Of a stretch of 64,000 nt of DNA, positions 12,063 through 24,318 are shown in pieces. Positions within the stretch are counted from its first letter, which is position 1. The number at the start of each line of letters is the position of its first letter. Position numbers and translations under genes: made by a program. The notes beneath the pieces were generated by a model that made no database searches, had not been told where the DNA came from, and saw only the letters and a program-made list of their open reading frames with translations. Source of the DNA: an uncultured Nitrososphaeraceae archaeon (GTDB lineage: Archaea > Thermoproteota > Nitrososphaeria > Nitrososphaerales > Nitrososphaeraceae); NCBI GenBank assembly GCA_963825865.1, contig CAWGVG010000014.1, forward strand, positions 96,001 through 160,000, written 5' to 3'.

Positions 12063-12206
12063 ATGACTGATGTTGCAAAAAAGGTGAAGAATGTAAGTCA
12101 GGATTTTGAAGCAAAAATGAAGACTGAGAAAGATCATCTTGAAGGCAAACCTAGTTCTGAAACACTTAACAAAGCTAAGATAAAGGCAAGAGATGCATTA
12201 ACCTAA
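12063..12206 (+). CDS. 47-aa charged helical (LEA/hydrophilin-like) protein (not in ORF track)
   Basis: MTDVAKKVKNVSQDFEAKMKTEKDHLEGKPSSETLNKAKIKARDALT*, followed by a T-tract. Confidence 0.6.
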   Translation: MTDVAKKVKNVSQDFEAKMKTEKDHLEGKPSSETLNKAKIKARDALT

Positions 12207-13779
12207 CAAATATAAAAAATAGCGTCATTTTTTCCTTTTGCCATCCTTATTATAACCTTTTAGATATACTATTGGAAAATATCATCTATTTATAGATGAA
12301 AACAATGAAGACCACAGATAGACTTTACCAAAGATCCAGAAAACTATCCTTTTTAACAAGTTCTATCTTGCTGGAGCTGTTACAACTCGATTTATTCCAT
12401 ATTTGATAGTAATAGTATTTCTAACGCACTAATTACTTTAGCCATAGGATATTGTTTATATTCCGCTTTTTGCTTTGCTTTTTTATAAAGATATCTAGTC
12501 AAGATATGTCGATCCATTAACAGGCAATAAATTTGACTTGTTAATGCCGATTTATTTTATATCAATATCTAGAATCTTAACAAGAGAAGTAAGACTTAAA
12601 GCTCGACACACATTAAAAGATGCAGAGAACCAATTATGCAGGCCCTTAAGGATACTCACTTAGAACTTGCAGATACTGATAATATCATATTGATTAGAGG
12701 GTCTACAATGCCACTGCTCAGAGAATTGGTAACAACAATTATGGGTAAAGAAGAACCAGATTATGGCATTGGTCCGATGGAGGCAGTAGAAATGAGAGCA
12801 GGCATTCAGACAGGTATTATTTCCGGTGACGCATCAACAGTTTTTCTATTCAATAAAAAGTTGTGTTAATCTTTCTTTCAACTTTAATACATTGTTTAAA
12901 ATGTGCTTACGTTAGGGGAACTACAATAATTCTTCCTTCTCCTAGGCGAAAAACAGAATAATTTTTTTGTAGCCGACGAATAAACTTCATTTACTAACTT
13001 CATTCCTTCTTCAATATTTTTTGTTACTATTGGTGTGATTCTTGCAATTAGAATAATAGGTTCTTTATTGGAAAAATGGTCTTGCAATTCTGATAGCTGT
13101 GAATAACTGTGAATAGAAATAGTTTTCAGCCAGAGTTGTTGTTGTCGATATTTCTCTTAAGTTAGATTGTGTTGTTACATGCTGATCGGTAGTTGTATCT
13201 TCCACATTACTACAATTGTCTTAATGACTTACTACTAATAAAATGTATTATTACAAACTATTAAACCAAATTGTAAATTCTAAACTAATTTATATAATAT
13301 TCTATAATAATATTTTTTCTGATGGATAGAAAATTGAAAATCTTGTTTAAGATAATAATATAAAAGATATATGGATTATCTTAGACTAAAGAATATAAAA
13401 TCAGTCTTCTTGCACAGGTTTTCAATTTAGGCGGAACTTTATAGATAAGACCTTATTTTTCAATTTCAGTTTAAAAAAGCGTAGCGTGAGGTTCCAAAAA
13501 TTCTCAACTACAGCAAAGTAATTTCTATAACTATTATTGCCTGTCTATTGTTTGACATTTACCGACAGTCTTCCTTGTTTGGTATATTACTACAATATAT
13601 GTACTAATTATGATCAGCTCTTATCTGCTGTTTCTGGTATTCATTTTGCCCTTTTAACGTAATTTATAAATATCGTTAGTATATCTATGTGGCAAATTTG
13701 CATCTAACGTGTGACCATATTACAGCCTTTAGATACAAACAACAACATTTTCTAGCCTTCGTCAGACTCTCTTTGCACT

Positions 13780-14290
13780 GTAAGATATCCAAAGTTAAAA
13801 GCCCTATTGTATTCCTAGTGTTATATACTTCTTGCAATTTAGATGCGTCAGCCCAATGGATGTTTTTATTGGTAGAGCTATAGAAATTTCCTGGGATGTT
13901 TTGCCATCCAACAGCGTCTCGAACCTTTAGCAGAACAGTCAATATCTCCGGTGATCTGGTCACCATTAAATACAAAGAAATCAAGAGACAGTGTCTTCAT
14001 TACTGAGAATATTGTATAACCCATGTTGACACGTCTACAATAGTTTTGACCACCAAGAACTCCGCAAATAACGAAGTTGATGGATCTGTCAGATAAATAA
14101 TCTGGAGCTGCCTAAAATTCCTAAGATGGAATTTGAGACTACCATGGGTTTACCTTTAGTTTCTGGCCCTGGACTTACAGGAGAACCAAACGCGGTAGTG
14201 ATACAAAGTACCAGCTTAAGCCCTTCAAGCTTTGCATGCCCTGTAAAATTTGTTGTTCATTGGCTGGCACTGTTATCTGTGACTTTGTAT
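13780..14290 (-). pseudogene. Alkaline phosphatase D (PhoD-like) remnant
   Basis: Across frames: FTGHAKLEGL..GTLYHYRVWFS, GGQNYCRR, DFFVFNGDQITGD, GWQNIPGNF; multiple stops and frameshifts. Confidence 0.6.
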
Positions 14291-14444
14291 GCAAAAAAGA
14301 GGAGTTAGCATCATATTGTATATGCATCTGAGCTTGTTACATAGTTTTATTTTTTATGTCGTAGTCGATTATAATAACAAAAATGTTGCTATATATTCGT
14401 TGGTATGTCTTCAAATAGGTATATAAGAGGTATTTCTATATATT

Positions 14445-14936
14445 TTGCTCATGGATGTCATAGAAAAAAGTAAGGAATACCAAAAAAATAACTATAATAA
14501 AAATGGTATGTCCGTAATTGTTATTATTATTGCTTATGTTGCCGTTATCGGTACTGTATTTGAAACAGGAGGTTTTAATGTGACTCAAGCCCAAGAGGAG
14601 GAGCAATCGCCTTTTTCTCCCGTATTCCCATTACCTACTTCGCCATCACCTTCACCTACTTCTCCTACTACTGTATCACCAGAGGTAAAAACACAAATGT
14701 GTGATCCTAATAACCCAAAACTCGAATTTGTTAATTCAACTGAGTCAGAGGTTTGTGGTCTTCCAAAATCAATAAGAAACGACACAATAACAACACCTAC
14801 GCCTACACCTACATCAAATCCAATATCACCTATATCGCCAAAGCCAATATCACCTATATCGCCAAAGCCAATATCACCTATATCGCCAAGATCAATAACA
14901 CCTTCACAACCTCTAACACCAGATGAGTTACCGTAA
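14445..14936 (+). CDS. Secreted or membrane-anchored Pro/Ser/Thr-rich protein
   Basis: Hydrophobic signal ending AQA/QAQ, CDPNNPKL..VNSTESEVCGLP disulfide motif, PISPISPK repeats. Confidence 0.65.
   Translation: MLMDVIEKSKEYQKNNYNKNGMSVIVIIIAYVAVIGTVFETGGFNVTQAQEEEQSPFSPVFPLPTSPSPSPTSPTTVSPEVKTQMCDPNNPKLEFVNSTESEVCGLPKSIRNDTITTPTPTPTSNPISPISPKPISPISPKPISPISPRSITPSQPLTPDELP
14820..14890 (+). repeat. 24-bp tandem repeat x3 (PISPISPK)
   Basis: ccaatatcacctatatcgccaaag repeated. Confidence 0.9.
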
Positions 14937-15148
14937 CTACTAAGTTACTCAATGATCTTCGTGATTGTTCCTGCTAGTATGATTCCGAACTCATGAAGAA
15001 ATGCAATTAGGATAAGATTATAAACGACAAGGGACAGGGCACAATCAATACACACATATGCTGCAAACGGAGATACGCTTGATGCTCTATGCCAAAAAAT
15101 TGATTAAATAAAAAACATGAAGAAAAATATTAGGAGCAAGAACAGTTT

Positions 15149-16611
15149 ATGGAATACAAATGGATTGCATTAAGCAATACTACAATTGGCACTCTAATGG
15201 CTTCGCTTGATACAAATATTATCATTGTCGCTTTGCCAGTCATTGCATCAGAACTTCATACATCTCTTTTGACTACATTATGGACTGCACTTGGTTATTG
15301 GCTTGTAACTGCTTCTGTTATACTAAATTTTGGCCGTCTAGCAGATATATTTGGAAGAGTGAGGTTATATAATCTAGGTTTTACTATATTTACTGTAGGG
15401 TCTGCTCTATCTAGCATATCCCAGACAGGTGAACAGCTAGTAATGTTTAGAATTATTCAGGCTTTTGGCGCTCCATTTCTTTTTTCGAATAGTGCAGCAA
15501 TTTTAACAGATGTTTTTCCAACAAACGAAAGAGGTAAAGCATTAGGACTTAACCAAGTTGCAATAGTATTGGGTTCAGTATTAGGATTGGTTTTTGGTGG
15601 TTTTTTAACTTCTTATTTGGGATGGCGATCCGTTTTTTGGATAAATATCCCAATAGGCATAGTTGGTTACAGTCTGGTCTTATGCAAAATTAAAGGAATT
15701 AGGAACCATCAGCAAAGGGGAGAAAATTGACTGGATTGGAAATATCACGTTTGCAGCAGGATTATTTATCTTATTAACAGGGATCACATTTACATCATCC
15801 GGAATTATTAGTTCAAGTTCAATACAGTTTTACATTGCAATTGTCGGTGGGCTATCTCTATTAGTATTATTTGTATTTATTGAAAAATACATCTCAAAGG
15901 ACTATCCTATGTTTCATCTTTCTCTATTTAAAATAAGAGCATTTGTCGGAGGCAATATCGCAACTCTTCTCAATTCTATAGCAAGAGGAGATTTTACCTT
16001 GATTATGGCTTTTTATTTACAAGGCCCATCTATGAAATTAAGTCCTCTTGAAGCAGGCATCTACCTAATACCCGTATCTGGCGCACTAGCAATATGCGGT
16101 CCTGTAAGTGGTTGGTTATCTGATAGATATGGATCTAGAGTCATATCGTCTATAGGCTTGATTTTGTCAGCTATAGGCTTTCTAATGCTTATGAATCTAG
16201 GAGCAACAGCTTCCTTTATTGATCTTCTGTCTCCACTTTTACTCATTGGAGCAGGAATGGGAGTATTTGCTTCACCTAACAGAGCTTCAATAATGAATTC
16301 TGTAAAATCATTTAGAAGAGGAGTAGCAGCTGGTCCTGGTACCTACTCTAATATTAATCGGGAGAACATTAAGCTTAGGTATAGCTTTCCTAATAATGGC
16401 AGGCATAATGCCTATCCAACAGATAAAAACCATAATTTTGGGAGATACTTCTGCTATCTTAACAACAACGGCGACAACAAATACGGCTACACAATTAATG
16501 ATAGGTAAATTTCTGATATCTATGCATATTATATTTTTAATTTCTGCAATATTTATGCTTGCTGCAATAATTCCTGTTATGATTAAGAACAAAATTGTTA
16601 TTGCTAATTAA
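15149..16611 (+). CDS. MFS drug:H+ antiporter (DHA2/EmrB-like), two frameshifts
   Basis: SLDTNII.VALP, FGRLADIFGR, WRSVFWINIPIG, GWLSDRYGSR; indels near 15667 and 16343. Confidence 0.85.
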
Positions 16612-16669
16612 CTAGACCTTTTAGTATACTTAATAGCTGGGTATTTGTAAATAAAGGATGATTGCTATT

Positions 16670-17024
16670 ATGAGTACCTACCACCACAACTATCATTACC
16701 ACCCAAAAAACAAATGATGCTCTTACCAAGTTAGACTTGGAAAGCTATAACTCCTGTAAAATATGGCTTGAAGGATATAATTCTCCAGCTACAAAGAATG
16801 CGTATAAGGTTCACCTTTCATTATTATGCAAATATCACAAGATTGACCCTGATACTTTAATTCAATTAAAACCAGAACAAATAAGGAATATGGTTCTTAA
16901 CTACATTATACACCTTAAAAAGAATGCAAAACAATCGGTCAGTAAGGCAAAGCGCGGCGAAATATCTGTAAACTCTGTTAAAGATTATTTATCTGGTATA
17001 CAATCTTTCCTTGACTTTAATGAA
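16670..17024 (+). pseudogene. Tyrosine recombinase N-terminal fragment
   Basis: Near-identical to the N-terminus of 57591-58238; identity stops at DFNE. Confidence 0.8.
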
Positions 17025-17025
17025 A

Positions 17026-17720
17026 AAGTCAAAAGGAATCGCTGTTATTGCCGGTGAAGTATGGCACAGGGAAAATAAAAAAACCATTACCTGACAATCA
17101 TAGATGCAGATAAAATTGATGCAATAAATGAGATCTGTAATCGAAATGGAAAAACGATTTCTTTACCGGAAATGGCTCAAAAAACTGTTATAGAACAGCA
17201 CCAAGACTGTCTGGATAAAGTTTACATTTACGTTTATTCTCCTATACCTTTTGTTCAGAAAGGTCCTGATTTGAAACTAGGACTTGAAGTTAAAGGACTT
17301 GGTCATCATGGTATTGTGTTCTGCACTCCATCAATACACAAGAATGGTTCCCCCTATCAAATCATGGGTATTAGTGCACCAGCGACTTTAAATATACAGC
17401 AAGCAACGGAATTAATGCAGCATTTAGATCAAATCTGTATTAAATACGGAGTTGAATATCTTGAAAGGACTAAGGGAATCGACAGCAGACTTAAGGGTAT
17501 GGTCAAGAATTTTGTCATTGATCCTAATGTAAGAATTGCACGAAGTACCCGACATATAACACTTATTTCAGTAGCAAATTCTTTGCTCTTTAACCATTTG
17601 GGGAAAAGAAAGAAAACGGAGGAACATCTTATTTTTTTATGGATATTAATAGTGCATTCTGTGATCCAGAACCGTTGCCAGAAAAAGAAATCATTAGTAT
17701 CTGGAATAGTGCTTTAGTTT
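17026..17720 (+). pseudogene. Bifunctional DNA primase-polymerase fragment with PriCT-1-like domain
   Basis: KGIAVIAGEVW, IIDAD, LEVKG..GIVFCTPSIHKNGSPY, RHITLISVANSLL, CDPEPLPEKEI.SIWNSA. Confidence 0.7.
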
Positions 17721-17846
17721 GACGAATTTGCACTGTTGAGGATACATGTATCACTATTAAAAGCGTTAATCGTTTTTATATTATATGAAATTGTAATATC
17801 TCTTATCGTTATTATCCCTATGTTCAATTATATACATATAATTATG

Positions 17847-18089
17847 TCAGGTTATTTGATTTCTTTTATTTCTTATTAATTCAACTAAGGTTGTTAAGGG
17901 TTCTATCCCTTTTTGTTTTAATTTCTCTTTTAATTTAGATACGTCGCGATCATGTTCAATTACCTGTTGTTTTTTTATTGCAATAAACTCTCCATCAAAT
18001 TTATCGATTAGATCATTATAATTAGTATGAAGCCATTTGACATCTTCATCGAATTCTTTTAATCGCTCTGCATACAGAACAGTATCCAT
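17847..18089 (-). CDS. DUF5678-like protein
   Basis: WLHTNYNDLIDKFDGEFIAIKKQQVIEHDRD. Confidence 0.65.
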   Translation of the reverse strand: MDTVLYAERLKEFDEDVKWLHTNYNDLIDKFDGEFIAIKKQQVIEHDRDVSKLKEKLKQKGIEPLTTLVELIRNKRNQIT

Positions 18090-18122
18090 ATCATAATACG
18101 ATGTGCTGAATCGTATTTATGT

Positions 18123-18250
18123 CTATTTTGTTCCATTTTTATTAGCTTTGGCATTTTGAATCAGTGTAGTCCACTTGTTTTATGACACAATCTTAATCCC
18201 ACGCATCTTAACAGCTGTCTTTCCATCCAACCTTGATGAGGCTGTATATT
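18123..18250 (-). pseudogene. IS6-like DDE transposase C-terminal remnant
   Basis: PHQG(L)DGKT..GIKI..NKWTTLIQNA, homologous to 56874-57095. Confidence 0.65.
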
Positions 18251-18339
18251 AATAATGAGACACTACGTTGGTTTATAATTGAATTTGATAACGTAAAGGA
18301 TATAATGATCAAAAGTTGATCAATATTGTATAGTTTTAA

Positions 18340-19165
18340 TTGACTGAAGAAAAGGCAATAGAAATAAGGAGAATAAATAAGGACAAGAGACTTAACATCA
18401 AAGGCGGAATAGTTTTAGATGGATTTCCTAGTACTGGTCTTGTTAATGCGATTGCCTCAGAATGTATTATACATTCGATAGGTACAGAACTTGTCGCGGT
18501 TTTAGATTCACAGTACTTTCCTCCTGTATCGATAATAAGCAACTATATACCGCAATATCCAGCTAGGATATATGTAAACGAAGGATTAAAAGTTTCATTC
18601 TTTCTTTCTGAGCTTAATATTGATAGGTCGATACAAAAAGCTGTAGCAAATACGATTTTAGAATGGGCAATAGAGAATGAATGTAGATTGATTATTAGCG
18701 CTGAAGGTATAGTATCATCATCAGATTTTCATCATGATGGTGAAAGTAGTACAAATAGTGGTGGTGGCGATGATAAATATTATAATAGTGCGGAAAGCAC
18801 AAAAGATAGCAAACATATCAGCAAACCAGAAGTCTTTGCAGTTTCCAGTACACCTTCAGCAGCTAAAATAATAAAACAACATGCAAGTCATTTTACACAT
18901 TTACGAAGCGGTAGCATCACTGGAATTCCAGCCATTTTGCTAAATGAAGGAACTTTGAGAAATTTAGATGTAATTGTATTTTTGGTTAATACACTAAAAG
19001 ATACTCCAGATTTTCGTGCTGCGAGCTATAGTTTCAGAAGCAATAAGCAGACTTGTTCCAAATCTTTCTTGTGATATAGGATCTTTACTTATAGAAGCTG
19101 AATTAGTTGGGAACAAAATAAAAAACGTTAGAGATAATCAAGCAAGATTTTCTTATATCGCATAA
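18340..19165 (+). CDS. PAC2-family proteasome assembly chaperone, frameshift near 19023
   Basis: DGFPSTGLV..IASE, FPPVS, PARIY, GSITGIPAILL, PDFRAA(A)IVSEAI. Confidence 0.85.
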
Positions 19166-19630
19166 ACAGATATAGCATTACGTCTGCCATACATTGTTGT
19201 CAGCAATAATTTATCATTAAATCCGCCATTTTCAGTATAAGAAAACTCTCATATTGCAACAAACATCCCGCTGACGTTGTTGTAATATGCTATAATATGC
19301 TATGCATATTACTAGAGTTGATAACAAATGGGAGTACGATTTAATATCTAAGGAAATTGGAAATAATGACCTACAAGCAATAGAAAAAATAACAAAAGAA
19401 ATAGCAAAAAGATACAGATTGCTATATCGCAAAAATTAGAGAATACAAAAACAACTAAATTGTAAATCTATACTAGTTTAAAAGAGTTAAAGAATGCTCC
19501 GGTTGACTTGAAGATTAATTGGGTTCTATGACAAAGAATAACTTGTAACAGATTGTTTTTATATCGAAAAGTGATGATCTCATATTCTAGTATGCCCGAA
19601 GTACATACGGGAAAATAAAGATATTCTATC

Positions 19631-20759
19631 ATGTCTAGTGAATTACCGGGGAAATCAGATGAACATTCATGGAAGATGTTTAGAGGAAATGTAATGCGAA
19701 CAGGAGTATCGGCATCTCATTTATCTCGCAAACCTGCTTTTCTATGGGCAATTGAAGTGGGACCTATGGTGTCGTCTCCTGTTTTTGGAAATGGCATAAT
19801 TTATACATCAAGTATTACTGGAAGAATTTCTGCCTTAAACACGTTTCAAAGACAAATAAAATGGCATTTAAATTTAGGAAGTTCTTTAGTTTCATCGCCG
19901 TTACTTTATGAAGATATATTAATATGCGCAACCTATAATTCATGGACTAAAGAGACCGATTTTACGGGAAAAAATTTCGTGTTTGCAATAGATATCAAAA
20001 ATGGCCAGCATATATGGAGTTTTGATATTAATGGTGACATATTCTCTTCTCCGTGTCTAGTAAATGATGATATAGTGATTGTTGGCTCCATGAATAAGGG
20101 TATCTATGCAATAGACATTAAAGGAAATCTTCGATGGATGTTTGAAACTGGTGCCGCGGTTTGGTCTTCTCCTTCCTATAATGGAAATACAATTTTTATA
20201 GGCTCCGATGATGGTTTTGTTTATTGCTTAGATGCAGACGGTGATTTGCAATGGAAAACAAAATTAAATGGTAAGATTAGATCATCGTCACCCTGTATAT
20301 CGCCAGAAGAAGATGGTTCGATATTCATAGGAACCCATAATGGTGGAATGTATTGTTTGAATCAATTGACTGGCATTATAAAATGGAATAAAGAAATTTC
20401 CAAGCCTGTTCTGTCTTCACCTGCGATTTTAAAAGATATGGTATTTTTTGCTCGCATCAGATAATAGAGTTTACTGTCTCCATTCTACAAATGGTTCAAA
20501 GATATGGGATTTTGAAACAGGCAGTAAGATCTGGTCCTCGCCTAGTATTGTAGAAAATAATAGAGTCTTATTTTTTGGCTCATTGGATTCGCATGTCTAT
20601 GGACTTGATTTTAAGACTGGTTCCCAGGTTTGGAAATTTCCGACAATGAATATGATAGATTCTTCTGTCTGCATTGCTAGTAGTATGTTATTTATTGGAT
20701 CAAGGGACGGTTTACTCTATGCATTTGGATCAAAAGGAGTGCCTCAATATATAAGATGA
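19631..20759 (+). CDS. PQQ-like beta-propeller (BamB-type repeats), frameshift near 20452
   Basis: WKMFRGN..RTG; repeated SSP...FIGS.DG.VYCLD...W.FET. Confidence 0.85.
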
Positions 20760-21142
20760 AATCCCTTTAGGAATGTTGATAAACGTCATTCTGTCGAGAG
20801 AAGTTCGCAGCTTGTGCAGTGCAATTAGCCAAGAGGCTACATGACATGATTTTTGAGGTTCTCTCTTGCGGTCTATCATCACTAGTATATTCACAAAGGT
20901 GATTTCTTTGCTGTATGTTTATGGGAAGGTTAGCGCGTCAAATTTGATCGCATACCCTTGGAACCTAATCAATCTCGGCACCTGATTAGAAGTCTTCGCT
21001 TCGAGTTCGTAATTTATTAGTTGGTATTAATAATTCAGAAAAGGAATTTCGTAATGATTTATTTTCATGATTCGCCTGTTAATAAAACACAGGGCTGAAT
21101 AAAGAAAGAATGATTTAAGCGATAATAATACACAAATACCGT

Positions 21143-21953
21143 TTGAAAAGGAAACAATTTGACGGAAAAAATGTATTAATAACCGGAGCATCTTCTGGAA
21201 TTGGAAAGCACACTGCCATTGAATTCGTAAATAGTGGTGTCAGTACCAATAATACTTGTAGCACGTTCTGGGTCAAAATTAATTGAGCTCGAAAAAATAT
21301 TTAATAAAACATGCTCGTCCAAAGTCGTAGTATATCCATGCGACGTATCTAACAAAACAGCTGTTATAAAGATGGGTAAAAACATACTTGAAAGATTTGG
21401 TTATATCGATGTGTTGGTAAATAATGCAGGTTTTGGCCTATATGGAGAGGTGAAGAGCCAGAGTATAGAAGAAATCGAATCGATTACATATACAAATTAC
21501 CTAGGGACTGTTTATTGCACGAAAGTGTTTCTAGATTCTATGCTTTCCAGAAAGTCAGGACATATAGTAAATGTTGCATCGGTAGCAGCAAGTTTTGGAG
21601 TTGCGGGCTTAGCGGCTTATTGTGGTTCAAAATATGCCATATTAGGGTTTTCGGAATCGTTGTACCATGAATTACATCGATCAGGCGTAGGTATTACAGT
21701 TGTAAGCCCAATTGCTGTTAAGACAAATTTTTTCAATAACAAATCATTTAATGGTCATATGCCAAACTACACTGGGTTCTCGCTTGATCCAAAAACAGTA
21801 TCAAAAGCTATTCTTGCAGCTGCAAATTCTCGTCGTCTTGAAATCATAGTACCATTTTTTGTAAGAGCAGGTGTTTGGTTTAAGCATACTCTGCCGTATA
21901 TTGTTAGTCCAATAGTGGGTGCTCATTTTAGAAAACAACTCAAAAGAACCTAA
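21143..21953 (+). CDS. SDR family oxidoreductase, frameshift near 21247
   Basis: ITGASSGIG (other frame, from TTG 21143), LVNNAG, YCGSK catalytic motif. Confidence 0.88.
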
Positions 21954-22419
21954 CTTGATTTAAAATCTGTGAAAATAACGCATAAAAAGATTATAACGGT
22001 TACTTTAATAGCAAATAAGAAAGATCCTTGAGCCTAGTTATGCAATTACATCAATATTATTTAATGTCCTAGGATCTCCCAATTCTCTGCAAGCAATATA
22101 TGCTTGCTACTGTAGATAACACCGCTAATATGGTCCTTCCATGGACCAATCCCCCTCTGTTTGGTGCATGGGAGAGTGAAAGTGTTTGCATCAACATTAC
22201 ATGGACATTGTAATACGGTCAATGGTATTACTACCTATAATGTTGAATTTTTTTCATGTAGTCAGGTCCTTTTAATTATAGAAGTACTTTGTTTTGAAAT
22301 ACGAAGTGTTTATTTATAGTTAAGTTTCATACTCGAAGATATGATGAAGAAGAATAAACCTTTGGCTCTTGCTATATTATTGTAGTTGTAGTTGTCATTG
22401 CCTATGTCTTCACTACTAT

Positions 22420-22520
22420 TACTACCAAGATGGCTCAATTGCCCTTCGAATATACCTACTCCTAGGAATATCACCACGCTTATTGTCGATTGTATATATA
22501 ATTGATTTAGATAAGATTTT
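22420..22520 (-). pseudogene. Ribbon-helix-helix protein remnant, paralog of 52828-53028
   Basis: IDNKRGDIPRSRYIRRAIE versus IDNKSGDIPRSRYIRRAIE. Confidence 0.7.
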
Positions 22521-22714
22521 GCTAATACAAAGAACAGAGTGGAATATGCCTTAATTTGCAATGGTCAAGGAAAAGACAACATAATGTGTATTGCTAGCGT
22601 ATTTATTTAGATAATGAATAAAATAAGTAGAATTTTATTATATTCATTTGGCAATAATAAACGATACTATTATTAGGTAAGTGCATAACTTCTCCTCGTT
22701 TTATCTCCTCAACA

Positions 22715-22843
22715 ATTATGTTAAATGCGTCAGCATTAAATTACACTAAATAAGTCAGGACTCGATTATACTAAATAAATCAGTATTAACTTCCTCAAGT
22801 CAAATATATAGATGATATCATAATCTTTGATGACGAAATCTAG
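22715..22843 (+). promoter_or_regulatory. Cassette A promoter: three boxes at 25-bp spacing plus TATA-like element
   Basis: taaatgcgtcag 22722, taaataagtcag 22747, taaataaatcag 22772, then ctcaagtcaaatatatagatga; conserved in 4 copies. Confidence 0.75.
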
Positions 22844-23230
22844 ATGAACAACACAAGAAATCTAACAATAGCTGCTATATTAATAGCAGCAACATTAGTA
22901 GTAGGAGTAACGTTCGCAGCAACAACACAATCAGCATTTGCAGCGAGGAAAGGAGACAGAAATGAGAATGGTAATACAATTACCGAACAGAAATGCAAAC
23001 AATACGGCATAGTGAGTGGATTTGATAACACAGCAGAACAAGAATGTCAAAACGTGATATGTACTCACCCAACGAGCGATGGATCATGTGTAAGTGAGGG
23101 CAGCGCTACACCAAAAGTAAAACCAACACCACCAAAAGATGACGGCGACGAAGACAAAGATCAACAACACGACGACCAAAATCCACATAACGACGACCAA
23201 AAGAAAGACGACATGAGCAAATACTGGTAG
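22844..23230 (+). CDS. Secreted small protein, SGFDN/ICTHP family, copy A
   Basis: Signal peptide ending SAFA; GNTITEQKCKQYGIVSGFDNTAEQECQNVICTHPTSDGSCVSEG; acidic tail. Confidence 0.75.
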   Translation: MNNTRNLTIAAILIAATLVVGVTFAATTQSAFAARKGDRNENGNTITEQKCKQYGIVSGFDNTAEQECQNVICTHPTSDGSCVSEGSATPKVKPTPPKDDGDEDKDQQHDDQNPHNDDQKKDDMSKYW

Positions 23231-23270
23231 TCCTTTACTGCTACCACAACCTTTTTTTCTTTTTTGTTTC
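23226..23270 (+). terminator. Conserved GGTAG...CTACC hairpin plus poly-T (cassette A)
   Basis: Same motif after copies C and D. Confidence 0.65.
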
Positions 23271-23582
23271 TCAACAACAACAAGTACTACTAATAATACA
23301 AGCAACACAATATACTAGAGTTCACAAATTCAGACACAATTATTACAAAGACTATATTGCAATAATGAAGAATAAACCGACACTTGGCCGAGTATGTACC
23401 ATCCACAATAGAATAGATTTGACTTTTCATACGCGTGTTAAAAAATCTAAATAGTACATCTATTAGAGTAATGATCTTCATTATGCCACGGAATTTCAAA
23501 TTATAGATAGTTTATATGCTTCTCTTAGTCTATCTTGTTCAATAACTCTTCTAATCATTACATTTGAAAAGGAGCAAACTAG

Positions 23583-23897
23583 ATGGCTTTAAATGCAAAG
23601 CTGTTCTGTATCACTACAACAATAATGAGTCAGAATACCAATTATTCCAATGAAAAGAGGCAACAGCAACAACAGCAAGGATCAAGTCAATGGGCTGAAG
23701 TAATAGGACAAGTTTTTGATAAGATAACAGGCAAGAATATGTCAATGACTTATAACTTTGACAATCTGGTAATTGATATCCCTAGAGCGGAGGGTCCTGG
23801 TGGTCAAAGCATAGATAGCGCAAAATGGACAATTAATGGCAGGTTAATAATCACAACCGAAGCGCATAAAATAGGTAATGATGGTAACGGCAGCTAA
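23583..23897 (+). CDS. Conserved hypothetical protein
   Basis: Protein-like composition; overlaps the next ORF in operon fashion. Confidence 0.6.
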   Translation: MALNAKLFCITTTIMSQNTNYSNEKRQQQQQQGSSQWAEVIGQVFDKITGKNMSMTYNFDNLVIDIPRAEGPGGQSIDSAKWTINGRLIITTEAHKIGNDGNGS

Positions 23898-24318
23898 AGA
23901 TATGCTAGGAGACGATCACCTTCATATTGAAAAGGACGATCCAATAGCAGATTGGCTAGCTGGGTCTATGAGAGCTGCAATATCGGGTACAATCAAGATT
24001 CACATTGAAGATCAACCGGCAGTACAAATTGATGTTCATAAGGATATGATTAGCGTTAATCTTTTAGAGCCAGCAGTTTTCAAAATTCATGAGGATGAAA
24101 CAGGATTGTTTGATAAATTAAACACCGCAAAAGAATTTGCTCAGAAACTCAGTGAAAATGGATTAACTCTATCATTTCTTAGAAAAGGTAAAAAAGCTAT
24201 TATTTTGGGGAAAGAAGCCAAGCCGACGCTTTCAAAATTAATAACAAGAAGTGATGATATACAAATAAATAGCACAAAAGAATCTGCTAAACTTAAAACT
24301 GATTTAAAGGCTGATTGA
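23878..24318 (+). CDS. Conserved hypothetical protein
   Basis: 146-aa ORF coupled to the upstream gene. Confidence 0.6.
   Translation: MMVTAAKDMLGDDHLHIEKDDPIADWLAGSMRAAISGTIKIHIEDQPAVQIDVHKDMISVNLLEPAVFKIHEDETGLFDKLNTAKEFAQKLSENGLTLSFLRKGKKAIILGKEAKPTLSKLITRSDDIQINSTKESAKLKTDLKAD

Noticed and set aside
22715-22790. Mini-CRISPR or replication iterons for the 25-bp boxes
   Set aside because: Only 2-3 degenerate 12-bp boxes, always fixed upstream of a promoter and gene; no adjacent Rep or cas gene
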